The notes under the pieces: generated by a model
What the model was told of the DNA's origin: nothing
Database searches by the model: none
The model's input: the letters and a program-made list of their open reading frames with translations, nothing else
Shown: positions 10,155-20,011 of the stretch, in pieces
Layout: every line of letters starts with the position of its first letter
How positions within the stretch are numbered: position 1 is the first letter of the stretch
Position numbers and translations under genes: made by a program
Source: Flavobacteriaceae bacterium
GTDB lineage: Bacteria; Bacteroidota; Bacteroidia; Flavobacteriales; Flavobacteriaceae
DNA: 45,634 bases
NCBI GenBank assembly: GCA_021648195.1
Contig: JAKITG010000001.1
Coordinates: forward strand, 1-45,634
Reading direction: 5' to 3'

Positions 10155-12142
10155 AGTATCTTTTAGCAATATTTCTTTTTATTACAGCATTTACAAATGC
10201 TCAAATTTATAACCCAGTAAGTTGGAAAACCTCAACTGAAAAAATCTCAGAAAAGGAGTTTAATTTAATTTTCACAGCAAATATTGAAGAAGGATCACAT
10301 TTATATGCACAAAAAATTCCTGAAGGAGGACCTATTCCCACAAGTTTCAATTTTAAAAATAAAGAAGGAAATTATGAGTTGATAGGAGAAGTTTCAGAAA
10401 GCAAAGGACATGAGGCTTTTGACGATGTTTTTGAAATAAAAATTAAATATTTTGAAAATACGGCTATTTTCAAACAAAAAATTAAAATTTTAAAAGCAAA
10501 AAAAACAGTTACTGGATATATTGAATTTATGGCATGTGATGACACTCGTTGTACACCGCCAACTGAATTTGAGTTTTCATTTGATTTACAAAAAGTGGAC
10601 TCAAAAGTAGAAGACAAAATTTTTTTGCAAAATACAATTCCTATAAAAACAGAAAAAATAAATAAAGGAGAGATTATTTTTGATAAAAAAGAACCCTCTT
10701 CTAAAAAAGGACTATTAACGATCTTTATTATTGCTTTTTTCTCAGGTTTTGCTGCGTTGCTTACGCCTTGTGTATTTCCAATGATTCCAATGACAGTAAG
10801 TTTTTTTACCAAGCAGAGCAAAAATAAAGCAGCAGGTATTAAAAATGCAATTATTTACGGACTCTCAATTATAGTAATTTATGTTGTGCTGGGTTTAATT
10901 GTTAGTGCAGTATTTGGAGCTGATGCCCTAAATGCTTTGGCAACAAATGTGTGGTTTAATATTATTTTCTTCTTACTTTTAATTGTTTTTGGAATATCGT
11001 TTTTGGGAGCTTTTGAAATTACCCTACCAAGTTCTTGGGGTACAAAAATTGATGCACAAGCAGATAGAGGTGGAATTATTGGAATCTTTTTTATGGCATT
11101 GGCATTAGCCATTGTTTCGTTTTCATGTACAGGTCCAATTGTAGGAACACTACTGGTTGAAGCTGCTTCTGGAGGTAATCAAATCGGACCAATTGTTGGC
11201 ATGTTTGGATTTTCATTAGCCATAGCTTTACCTTTTGCATTATTTGCAGCATTTCCTGGCTGGTTAAATTCTTTACCAAAATCTGGTAGTTGGCTAAATA
11301 CAGTAAAAGTTGTTTTAGGTTTTTTAGAGCTCGCTCTAGCATTTAAATTCCTTTCAAATGCCGATTTGGTATTAGAATTACATTGGCTAGAACGTGAAGT
11401 TTTTATTGCCATTTGGATTGCTATTTTTGGAACGTTAGCATTTTACCTTTTTGGGAAAATACAATTACCTCACGACTCTCCTTTAACACATATTTCAGTT
11501 GGAAGGCTAAGTTTAGGTTTATTAGTATTGTCATTTACAATATATATGATTCCTGGTTTGTGGGGAGCGCCATTAAATTTAATAAGTGCTTTCCCTCCAC
11601 CGCTACATTATAGCGAATCGCCTTATGGAGTTGGTTTTTCAAAACTCGGAGGAGGAAGTACTACCAATTATTCCGAAATTCCAGAAGGAGCACATTTAAT
11701 GGCTCCTCATGATATTTTGGCTTTTAACGATTATGACAAAGGTTTGGCTTATGCCAAAAAAGTAAATAAACCTGTAATGATTGATTTTACAGGAAAAGCA
11801 TGCGTAAATTGTAGAAAAATGGAACAAAATGTTTGGGTAAAAGACAAAATTTTACAAATGATAAAAAATGAAATAATTTTGATTTCACTATATGTAGATG
11901 ATAAAAGACCATTACCTGAAAATGAAAGAGTAGACTCCAAGCTAAAACCAGGTAAAAAATTAAAATATATTGGTCAGAAATGGAGTGAAATGCAAACCGT
12001 AAAATACAAAACTAATGCACAACCATTTTATGTGTTGATGGATCTTGATGAAAATAATTTAATAAAACCTGTTGGATATACACCAAATGTAGATGAGTAT
12101 TATAATTGGATGAAAGAAGGAATTTCAAGTTTTAAAAAATGA
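10151..12142 (+). CDS. dsbD: Thiol:disulfide interchange protein DsbD
   Basis: N-terminal CDDTRC, membrane TPCVFPMIP and FSCTGP cysteines, C-terminal thioredoxin CVNC. Confidence 0.92.
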   Translation: MKYLLAIFLFITAFTNAQIYNPVSWKTSTEKISEKEFNLIFTANIEEGSHLYAQKIPEGGPIPTSFNFKNKEGNYELIGEVSESKGHEAFDDVFEIKIKYFENTAIFKQKIKILKAKKTVTGYIEFMACDDTRCTPPTEFEFSFDLQKVDSKVEDKIFLQNTIPIKTEKINKGEIIFDKKEPSSKKGLLTIFIIAFFSGFAALLTPCVFPMIPMTVSFFTKQSKNKAAGIKNAIIYGLSIIVIYVVLGLIVSAVFGADALNALATNVWFNIIFFLLLIVFGISFLGAFEITLPSSWGTKIDAQADRGGIIGIFFMALALAIVSFSCTGPIVGTLLVEAASGGNQIGPIVGMFGFSLAIALPFALFAAFPGWLNSLPKSGSWLNTVKVVLGFLELALAFKFLSNADLVLELHWLEREVFIAIWIAIFGTLAFYLFGKIQLPHDSPLTHISVGRLSLGLLVLSFTIYMIPGLWGAPLNLISAFPPPLHYSESPYGVGFSKLGGGSTTNYSEIPEGAHLMAPHDILAFNDYDKGLAYAKKVNKPVMIDFTGKACVNCRKMEQNVWVKDKILQMIKNEIILISLYVDDKRPLPENERVDSKLKPGKKLKYIGQKWSEMQTVKYKTNAQPFYVLMDLDENNLIKPVGYTPNVDEYYNWMKEGISSFKK

Positions 12143-12149
12143 TGAATAA

Positions 12150-12333
12150 TGCAAGTTATGTCTTTGTTATTTAAAAACACTAGCTATAGCTAGATAAAAT
12201 GTTTTTGGAATGATAATTGAATTATATATTTCAGAAAGAACTACGAATTCAATATCAATATGAACCGAGCATGTTAATTCCGAAGCTTCGGGAGCGAGCC
12301 ATCCCGCAGCGGGCAGGCACAGATGTTACCGCT
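12150..12333 (+). repeat. Composite palindromic intergenic element (possible decayed attC-like repeat)
   Basis: Palindromes CTAGCTATAGCTAG (12180-12193), CCGAAGCTTCGG (12280-12291) and CCCGC-A-GCGGG (12303-12313); ends in CACAGATGTTACCGC. Boundaries approximate. Confidence 0.4.
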
Positions 12334-12353
12334 AAAAAATATAATTTAAACAG

Positions 12354-13124
12354 ATGAAAAAAATACTATTTTTTATTTTATTTCTTACTTCCTTAACTAT
12401 TTTTTCACAAAAAAATAAAACAGTTTTTAAAGACGGTGAATTTTTGAAGTTTAAAATTACTTATGGGTTAATAAATGCAGGTTTTGCATCTTTAAAAGTT
12501 GAAGAAACGGTTACTAATAATGAATCTATGCATCATGTCATAGGAAAAGGCTGGACAATAGGAATGACACATTTTTTTTTCCCTGTTAAAGATGATTACC
12601 AAACATATATCAGTAAAAAAACATCACTTCCATATCGTTTTATTCGAAAAATAAGAGAAGGTAGTCACACAAAAAATAAAGAAATATTTTTTAATCACAA
12701 AAAACAACAAGCCAAAGTTTTAGACTATAAGCACGATACTGAAAAACTATTTACCATTGAAAAAGAGATTCAAGACATGCTTTCTACACTATATTATTTA
12801 AGAAGCCTAGATTTAAAAACTTTAAAAAAAGAAGAGGCAATTACTGTAAATATGTTTTTAGATAATGAAATCATTAAATTTAAACTTATATTTAAAGGTA
12901 GAGAGTTAATCAAGACAAAATTTGGTAAGGTAAAAACATTAGTTTTCTCTCCAACGGTTCAAGAAGGTAGGGTCTTTAAAGAAAATGAAAGTGTGACATT
13001 ATGGATAACCGATGATGCCAATAAAATTCCAATTAAAATAAAAGCTTCTATTTTGATAGGCTCGTTAAAAGCAGAATTAGTAACATACAAAGGGCTAGCA
13101 AATTCCTTTCCAATTATTTTTTAA
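12354..13124 (+). CDS. DUF3108-like secreted protein
   Basis: Signal peptide; FKDGEFLKFKITYG, QDMLS..YYLR and WITDDANKIP patterns typical of Bacteroidota DUF3108 proteins. Confidence 0.75.
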   Translation: MKKILFFILFLTSLTIFSQKNKTVFKDGEFLKFKITYGLINAGFASLKVEETVTNNESMHHVIGKGWTIGMTHFFFPVKDDYQTYISKKTSLPYRFIRKIREGSHTKNKEIFFNHKKQQAKVLDYKHDTEKLFTIEKEIQDMLSTLYYLRSLDLKTLKKEEAITVNMFLDNEIIKFKLIFKGRELIKTKFGKVKTLVFSPTVQEGRVFKENESVTLWITDDANKIPIKIKASILIGSLKAELVTYKGLANSFPIIF

Positions 13125-13191
13125 CTAATTTATAACGATACTCTTTAGTAAAATTAATAAATTTGCAATTATTCAAAAGAAAATTATTTAA

Positions 13192-14454
13192 GTGAGAAAG
13201 GTATTAGTAGTTATATGTAGTTTGTTAATTCTTCATTCCTGCAAAAAAGAGACCCCAAAACAAAAAGAAATTAGCGAAAAAATAGAAGAAGAACCAGTAA
13301 CTGTAAAAGAATTTGGTTATATACTCAATGAGTATAAAGTGATTAAAGACACCATAAGATATGGTGAAACTTTTGGTCAAATTTTAGACAAACATCATGT
13401 TGAATATCCTGAAATATATAAAATAGCAGAAGCAGTAAAAGACTCTTTTGATATTAGAAAATTAAAAGCAGGAAAACCATACATGGTTTTAGCAAAAAAA
13501 GATACTACAGAAAAAGCACAGGTCTTTATTTACCAACCCAATAAAGTTGAATATCTTATTATAGATTTTACAGATTCTACTCGAACACAAACAACATTAG
13601 GAAGAAAAAAAGTTAAAGTACTTACTAAAACAGCAACAGGAATAATAGAATCTTCATTATCTGAAGCAATTGAAAAAGAAAATTTAAACTATATTCTCGC
13701 TTTAGAAATGGCAGATATTTATGCGTGGACTATAGATTTCAATCACTTACAAAAAGGAGATAAATTTAAGTTAATTTATGAAGAAAAATTTATAAATGAC
13801 ACAATTTCTGTAGGTACAGGTAATATCACTGCCGCCTATTTTGAACATAAAAACACACCAACTTATGCGTTTAATTTTATAACCGATTCTATTAAAAAAA
13901 TAAATGACTATTATGATGAGAATGCCAAAACTTTACGTAGAAAATTTTTAAAATCTCCAATAAAATTTAGCAGAGTTTCATCTAGATATAACTTAAAAAG
14001 AAGAATAAAACATTACGGTTATAAAATTAGACCACACAAAGGAACCGATTTTGCTGCTAGAATTGGAACACCTATTAGAGCTACAGCAAACGGAAGAGTT
14101 GTAGCATCTACCTATGGAAGAGGCAATGGTAATTATGTAAAAATAAAGCACAACACAACATATTCTACCCAATACTTACACATGAAAAAAAGAATGGTAA
14201 GAGTTGGCGACTATGTCAAACAAGGAGATATAATTGGTACAGTTGGTATGACAGGAAGTACAGCTGGACCACATGTATGTTATCGCTTTTGGAAAAACGG
14301 AAGACAAGTTGATCCATTTCGACAAAAGCTACCTACAGCCGAACCCATTAAAGAAGACTTAAAAGATAGTTATTTTACACTCATCAAACCGTTAAAGGAA
14401 CAAATAGATAGTATTCCTTCAAAATTTTCAGAAACTACAGTTGCCGAAAAATAA
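13192..14454 (+). CDS. M23 family peptidoglycan DD-metalloendopeptidase (lipoprotein)
   Basis: Lipobox LHSC; HKGTD (HxxxD), YLHM, GPHVCY; GTG start with TAAATTTG box at 13158-13165. Confidence 0.9.
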   Translation: MRKVLVVICSLLILHSCKKETPKQKEISEKIEEEPVTVKEFGYILNEYKVIKDTIRYGETFGQILDKHHVEYPEIYKIAEAVKDSFDIRKLKAGKPYMVLAKKDTTEKAQVFIYQPNKVEYLIIDFTDSTRTQTTLGRKKVKVLTKTATGIIESSLSEAIEKENLNYILALEMADIYAWTIDFNHLQKGDKFKLIYEEKFINDTISVGTGNITAAYFEHKNTPTYAFNFITDSIKKINDYYDENAKTLRRKFLKSPIKFSRVSSRYNLKRRIKHYGYKIRPHKGTDFAARIGTPIRATANGRVVASTYGRGNGNYVKIKHNTTYSTQYLHMKKRMVRVGDYVKQGDIIGTVGMTGSTAGPHVCYRFWKNGRQVDPFRQKLPTAEPIKEDLKDSYFTLIKPLKEQIDSIPSKFSETTVAEK

Positions 14455-14510
14455 ATTTCAGTAGTACCATACACTACACCTTCAAAAGGCAAATTATTGA
14501 ATTAAAGATT

Positions 14511-16088
14511 ATGACATTAAAGAATATAAACCCAACCAAAACAGAATCTTGGAAAAAATTACAAGCACACTTTAATGAAATTCAAAGTGTACAAATGAAA
14601 TCCCTTTTTCAAAAAGATAATAACCGAAAAGAAAACTTTACCTTAACTTTTGACGATTTCACGCTTGATTTTTCTAAAAACAGAATAACAGAAGAAACCC
14701 TACAATATTTATTAAACCTAGCTAATGAATCAGAATTACAAGATGCTATTCAAAAGTATTTTTCTGGAAATAAAATAAATGTAACCGAAGATAGAGCAGT
14801 GTTGCATACCGCTTTACGAAACCAAAATAACAATACAATTAAAGTTGATGGAGAAGATGTAATGCCTATAGTAAAAGAAAGCTTAGTAAAAATAAATACT
14901 TTTAGTGATAGCGTTATTAATGGTGCATTTAAAGGATTTAGTGGTAAAAAAATAACCGATATCGTTAATATTGGTATTGGAGGATCAGATCTAGGACCAA
15001 GAATGGTTGTTGAAGCATTGCATTATTATAAAAACCACTTAACCACACATTTTATTTCAAATATTGATGGAGATCATGTTACCGAAGTCTTAAAAAATTT
15101 GAACCCAGAAACAACACTTTTTGTTATTGTTTCTAAAACGTTTACCACACAAGAAACGTTAACAAATGCTGAAACCGTTAAAAAATGGTTTTTATCTTCA
15201 AAATTTGAAACAACAACATCCGATATAAAACACAATTTTGTTGCAGTATCTACAAACTTACCTAAAGTAAAAGAATTTGGTATTGCCGATAAAAATATTT
15301 TTACAATGTGGAATTGGGTAGGAGGAAGATATTCTCTTTGGAGCGCAGTAGGTTTATCAATTAGCTTAGCTATAGGGTTTGATAATTTCAACACCTTTTT
15401 AAAAGGAGCTTTCTCTATGGATGAGCACTTTAAAAACACCCCTTTCGAGAAAAATATTCCAGTAACATTAGCTTTATTAAGTATTTGGTATAACAATTTC
15501 TTTGATACCGAGTCAGAAGTTGTGATTCCGTTTACACAGTATTTAGAAAAATTACCCCCTTTTTTACAACAACTATCCATGGAAAGTAATGGTAAATCAG
15601 TAGATAGAAATGGAGAAAAAGTAGATTACCAAACAGGAAATATTATTTGGGGAAATACAGGAACAAATGCGCAACATGCTTTTATGCAATTAGTACATCA
15701 AGGCACAAAAATTATTCCCGTTGATTTTATTGGTTTTGAAGAGTCTCTATATGGATTAAAAGACCATCACGAAAAATTAATGGCGAATTTTGCTGCACAA
15801 GCACAAGCATTATATACTGGAAAAACTAAAGAAGAAGTTCATTTAGATATGAAGTTTAAAGGAGATAGTGATAAAATTAATCAACTATTACCTTTTAAAA
15901 TTTTTGAAGGAAACAGACCTTCAAACTCCATTTTAATTAAAAAATTAACCCCCAAAAATTTGGGAGTCTTAATTGCCTTATACGAACATAAAACTTTTGT
16001 TCAAGGTGTAATTTGGAATATTTATAGTTTCGATCAATTTGGTGTTGAGTTAGGAAAAGAATTGGCAAATAAATTTTTAGCAAGCTAA
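14511..16088 (+). CDS. pgi: Glucose-6-phosphate isomerase
   Basis: [48 protein letters not shown] motifs. Confidence 0.98.
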   Translation: MTLKNINPTKTESWKKLQAHFNEIQSVQMKSLFQKDNNRKENFTLTFDDFTLDFSKNRITEETLQYLLNLANESELQDAIQKYFSGNKINVTEDRAVLHTALRNQNNNTIKVDGEDVMPIVKESLVKINTFSDSVINGAFKGFSGKKITDIVNIGIGGSDLGPRMVVEALHYYKNHLTTHFISNIDGDHVTEVLKNLNPETTLFVIVSKTFTTQETLTNAETVKKWFLSSKFETTTSDIKHNFVAVSTNLPKVKEFGIADKNIFTMWNWVGGRYSLWSAVGLSISLAIGFDNFNTFLKGAFSMDEHFKNTPFEKNIPVTLALLSIWYNNFFDTESEVVIPFTQYLEKLPPFLQQLSMESNGKSVDRNGEKVDYQTGNIIWGNTGTNAQHAFMQLVHQGTKIIPVDFIGFEESLYGLKDHHEKLMANFAAQAQALYTGKTKEEVHLDMKFKGDSDKINQLLPFKIFEGNRPSNSILIKKLTPKNLGVLIALYEHKTFVQGVIWNIYSFDQFGVELGKELANKFLAS

Positions 16089-16158
16089 AAAACTTCACTG
16101 TGTTAAATAAAAGTTAAAAAAATAATGATTAGTTAACGAGCATTTAGGTTTTTTATAT

Positions 16159-16166
16159 TATTTTTG
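16159..16166 (+). promoter_or_regulatory. Bacteroidota -7 box (TATTTTTG) for the TonB receptor/lipoprotein operon
   Basis: TAnnTTTG 30 nt upstream of the ATG at 16197. Confidence 0.5.
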
Positions 16167-16196
16167 TTACCGATATTAACTCAATTTAATAAATAA

Positions 16197-18749
16197 ATGA
16201 AAAACTTTAAAAAACTGATGTTTGTTATGCTTTTATTTACAGCAACAAACATTTTTTCTCAAATTAATGTTGAAGGAACTGTCAAAGATAAAACAGGACC
16301 TTTACCCGGAGCAACAGTAGTTGAAAAGGGAACTACAAATGGTGTAACTACAGATTTTGATGGAAATTTCTCTCTTCAAGTAAAAGAAGATACAGGAACT
16401 GTTCTAATTTCTTTTGTAGGTTACAAAACAAAATCAATTTCCTTTAATGGTAATAGCGACCTAGGTGAAATTGTTTTAACTCAAGATGAAAATGTCTTAG
16501 ATGAAATTGTAGTTACCGCAGTTTCATTTGCTATTGACAGAAAAACACCAGTAGCAGTTTCTACAATTAAAGCAGAAATTATTGAACACAAATTAGGATC
16601 TCAAGAATTTCCTGAAATTTTAAAATCTACCCCAGGTGTATATGCTACAAAATCTGGTGGTGGTTTTGGTGATGGAAGATTAACCATGAGAGGTTTTAAC
16701 TCAGAAAATGTTGCTGTTATGATTAATGGTGTACCTGTAAACGATATGGAAAATGGTAGAGTTTATTGGTCTAACTGGGCTGGTTTATCAGATGTAACAA
16801 GTTTTATGCAAGTGCAAAGAGGTTTGGGCGCATCTAAAGTAGCTGTACCTGCAATTGGTGGTACTGTTAATATTTTGACAAAAACTACTGATATTGATAC
16901 AGGAGGAAGTATCTTTTTTGGATTAGGAAATGATGGATATACAAAATACGGAGCTACTGTTTCAACTGGCTTATTAGACAATGGTCTTGCAGTTACAGCT
17001 TCTGCTTTTAAACTAGAAGGGAATGGATATATTGATGGAACTCAGTTTAAAGGTTTTAATTATTTTCTTAATATCTCTAAGCAAATAAATGATGATCACA
17101 AAATATCATTTACTTCTTTTGGAGCTCCTCAACGTCACGGACAAAGACAAAACATGAGCTTAATATCACGTTATAGAAATGCAGAATCTGGAAACAAATT
17201 TAACCCAGATTGGGGTATTAAAAATGGTCAAGTAACAAATATTGAAGATAACTTCTACCATAAATCACAAACTTCTTTAAATCATTATTGGAACATAAGT
17301 GATAAAACTACTTTATCAACCGCTTTATATGCTTCGTTTGGTACAGGTGGTGGTGGTGGTACTGCTGGCGCCAACAGAGGAGACTTATTTCAAGTTAGAC
17401 TTGGTGGTGATGACCAACCTGTTGATTTAGATAATATTGTTGAAATAAACAGAGCAAATGGAGAGCAAGGTTTAGGTTCTGAAGCTCTTTTAAGAGCATC
17501 TAGAAACGATCATAGCTGGTTTGGTGTTTTATCAACATTTAAAACTGAAATAACCGATAATTTCGCATTTGTTGCTGGTTTAGATTTAAGAACATACACA
17601 GGAAGGCATTTTAACGAAGTTACCGATTTATTAGGAGGTCAATATTATTTAGATGTAGATGGCAGTGGTAATGATAATAATGTAAATAACCCGAATGCAG
17701 CATTAAGAGTAGGAGATAAAATGGCATACAATAACGACGGTGAAGTTGGGTGGCAAGGTTTATTTACACAATTAGAATATAATTTGGAGAAATTAAATGT
17801 CTTTGTTGCTGCTGCTGTTTCAAACACTTCGTATAAAAGAATAGATTATTTTAATTATTTAGATAGCGATCCTTTACAAGAAACAGATAAATATAATTTT
17901 ACAGGCTTTAGTATAAAAGGTGGTGCTAATTATAATTTAAACGATTACCATAATATATTTGCTAATATTGGGTATTTTGAAAAAGCTGCAAGTTTTAGAT
18001 CTGTATTTCCGCAATTTGACAACGAAAATATTAATGCCGATGCTGAAAACGAAAAAATATTTAGTGTTGAATTAGGCTACGGTTTTAGAGGTGAAAAACT
18101 TGCGGGAAACATTAATATATACAGAACCGCTTGGAATGACAGAGCCTTAACTCAAACTATTCAAAACCCTGATAGGACTTTTAATACTGCAAATATTTTA
18201 GGAGTAAATGCAATTCACCAAGGTATTGAATTTGATTTTGTGTACAAAGCTACGGATAGATTAACCTTAACAGGTATGCTTTCTTTAGGCGATTGGGAAT
18301 GGGAAAATGATGTTTTGGGTGTTGAAGTCTTTGATGATGAACAAGATCTAGTGAAAACAATAGATTTATACATTGCTGGTTTAAAAGTATCTGAATCTGC
18401 ACAAACAACTGCTGCTTTAGGCTTTGATTGGGAAATAATGAAAAAAACAAATTTTACTATTGACTATAATTATTTTGGTAATTTATACGCACAATATGAT
18501 CCAAACGACAGAGGTACTCCAGGCCCACAAGCATGGGAAGCTCCAGACTACTCAACATTTGATGCCGGTTTAAGATATAACTTCAAAATTGGAGAGTTTG
18601 ATACAACAATAATAGGTATTGTAAATAATGTATTTAATACGGAATATATTTCAGATGCTAGAGATGGAGCAAGGTCAGTTACCAATACTGCTTTAGTATG
18701 GTTTGGTTTTGGAAGAACATTTAGTGTAAGCGCAAAAATTAATTTTTAA
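16197..18749 (+). CDS. TonB-dependent outer-membrane receptor with CarboxypepD_reg-like N-terminal extension
   Basis: Signal peptide; PLPGATV..KGT..G..TDFDGNF extension; LDEIVV TonB-box region; plug (TPGVY, INGVPVND, GGTVNILTK); C-terminal Phe. Lacks the SusC KDASA.AIYG signature. Confidence 0.92.
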   Translation: MKNFKKLMFVMLLFTATNIFSQINVEGTVKDKTGPLPGATVVEKGTTNGVTTDFDGNFSLQVKEDTGTVLISFVGYKTKSISFNGNSDLGEIVLTQDENVLDEIVVTAVSFAIDRKTPVAVSTIKAEIIEHKLGSQEFPEILKSTPGVYATKSGGGFGDGRLTMRGFNSENVAVMINGVPVNDMENGRVYWSNWAGLSDVTSFMQVQRGLGASKVAVPAIGGTVNILTKTTDIDTGGSIFFGLGNDGYTKYGATVSTGLLDNGLAVTASAFKLEGNGYIDGTQFKGFNYFLNISKQINDDHKISFTSFGAPQRHGQRQNMSLISRYRNAESGNKFNPDWGIKNGQVTNIEDNFYHKSQTSLNHYWNISDKTTLSTALYASFGTGGGGGTAGANRGDLFQVRLGGDDQPVDLDNIVEINRANGEQGLGSEALLRASRNDHSWFGVLSTFKTEITDNFAFVAGLDLRTYTGRHFNEVTDLLGGQYYLDVDGSGNDNNVNNPNAALRVGDKMAYNNDGEVGWQGLFTQLEYNLEKLNVFVAAAVSNTSYKRIDYFNYLDSDPLQETDKYNFTGFSIKGGANYNLNDYHNIFANIGYFEKAASFRSVFPQFDNENINADAENEKIFSVELGYGFRGEKLAGNINIYRTAWNDRALTQTIQNPDRTFNTANILGVNAIHQGIEFDFVYKATDRLTLTGMLSLGDWEWENDVLGVEVFDDEQDLVKTIDLYIAGLKVSESAQTTAALGFDWEIMKKTNFTIDYNYFGNLYAQYDPNDRGTPGPQAWEAPDYSTFDAGLRYNFKIGEFDTTIIGIVNNVFNTEYISDARDGARSVTNTALVWFGFGRTFSVSAKINF

Positions 18750-18765
18750 TTAAAAATATAAAGCA

Positions 18766-19887
18766 ATGAAAAATTTTATTTATTTATTTATGGTTTTAGG
18801 CTTGGTTTTTACAAGCTGTGACCCTATGGAAGATATTCATGATGATATTGATAGAGAAACTGCCCTTGATGATATTGTTGGAGAAGTTACTTACACCTTT
18901 ACTGATGAAGACTATACCAAGAAAAAGGATGAAGGTGGATATTTTGAATTATCATTCCCTAATTTTGGATCTATTGATGAGGCTAAAACCCTTACTCCCC
19001 TGTACTTAACGGGTACTTATCCGGTTTGGGGTGTTACTTGGAAGGATGGAGAAATTAAAGAGGCTTCTACCGCTACTATTACATTTAAATGGTATAGCCC
19101 AATGAGTACTCCAAGTGCTAATGTTTATGCGCTTACAGATGATGATCATAATGACATTACAGGAAATACTTTTGGTAATTTTGATAGATCTTATTATATA
19201 TTTAACTATTTAGAAGCTACATACCCAAACCCTGTTGAAGGAGATTTTCATTCTTTGAGGTATCGTTTTTGGGGTGGAGGTGAAACTACATTAACTGACG
19301 GGTTTATTTTTGAAAATGAAGAATGGACACAAATTAAAGGGTTTACACCAGATGAGTATAGTAATATGGGAGAGCGTTTTCCTAATTTCTCTAGTCATGA
19401 TGAAGCAGCAATAAAAATACCTTTAGCCTTACCAGATATTTTTAAATTTCAGCCTAAAAAAGCTGGTGACATTGTACAAGCAATGTACGAGTTGTGGAAA
19501 GGTGGTGGTGTTACAGAAAGTTATGTAAATAACTATATATTTGATGGCAACACCTGGGCTAAGTATAATAATGTAGCTGAGGAAACTATTAAATTTGGTC
19601 ATGATGGAACTGTTTGGGTTCCTGATAACACAATTAAATATACTTTAACTTCTGCAGATTATGATTTGGTAGAAAATGGTCGTTTTGGTAACTTTGATGT
19701 TCGATCCGGTAGAGCAGAAGAAACTGTAGAGGTTAGATTAGCTAAAATAAATACGATTTTACTAAACAACTTCCCTAGCGATGCTGAAGGTCAAAAATAC
19801 AATGTGTCTTACAATGTATGGTCTGGTGCAAATGAAGTGTGGAATATGAAAGTAATTAAAACAGGAGCAGAGTATGTTCTTCAATAA
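18766..19887 (+). CDS. Surface lipoprotein with four internal repeats (non-SusD partner of the TonB receptor)
   Basis: Lipobox FTSC followed by acidic DPMEDIHDD; starts 16 nt after the receptor stop; repeated YTLTxxDY...FxNF units. Confidence 0.8.
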   Translation: MKNFIYLFMVLGLVFTSCDPMEDIHDDIDRETALDDIVGEVTYTFTDEDYTKKKDEGGYFELSFPNFGSIDEAKTLTPLYLTGTYPVWGVTWKDGEIKEASTATITFKWYSPMSTPSANVYALTDDDHNDITGNTFGNFDRSYYIFNYLEATYPNPVEGDFHSLRYRFWGGGETTLTDGFIFENEEWTQIKGFTPDEYSNMGERFPNFSSHDEAAIKIPLALPDIFKFQPKKAGDIVQAMYELWKGGGVTESYVNNYIFDGNTWAKYNNVAEETIKFGHDGTVWVPDNTIKYTLTSADYDLVENGRFGNFDVRSGRAEETVEVRLAKINTILLNNFPSDAEGQKYNVSYNVWSGANEVWNMKVIKTGAEYVLQ

Positions 19888-19916
19888 TTATAACTAAAGA
19901 AATATTTAATCTTTTT

Positions 19917-19949
19917 AAAAGACCATTACTTATGTAACGGTCTTTTTTT
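19917..19949 (+). terminator. Rho-independent terminator (possibly bidirectional)
   Basis: AAAAGACCATTAC-TTAT-GTAACGGTCTTTTTTT hairpin with T-run, between convergent genes. Confidence 0.75.
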
Positions 19950-19956
19950 GTGAAAA

Positions 19957-19996
19957 TACTCACTACTCACCCGGTGAGTAGTGTATGAGTAGTGTA
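19957..19996. repeat. Hairpin with duplicated arms
   Basis: CACTACTCAC-CCG-GTGAGTAGTG (19961-19983) perfect 10-bp stem; TACTCAC occurs twice on the left and TGAGTAGTGTA twice on the right. Confidence 0.6.
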
Positions 19997-20011
19997 GAGG
20001 AAAGACCACCT

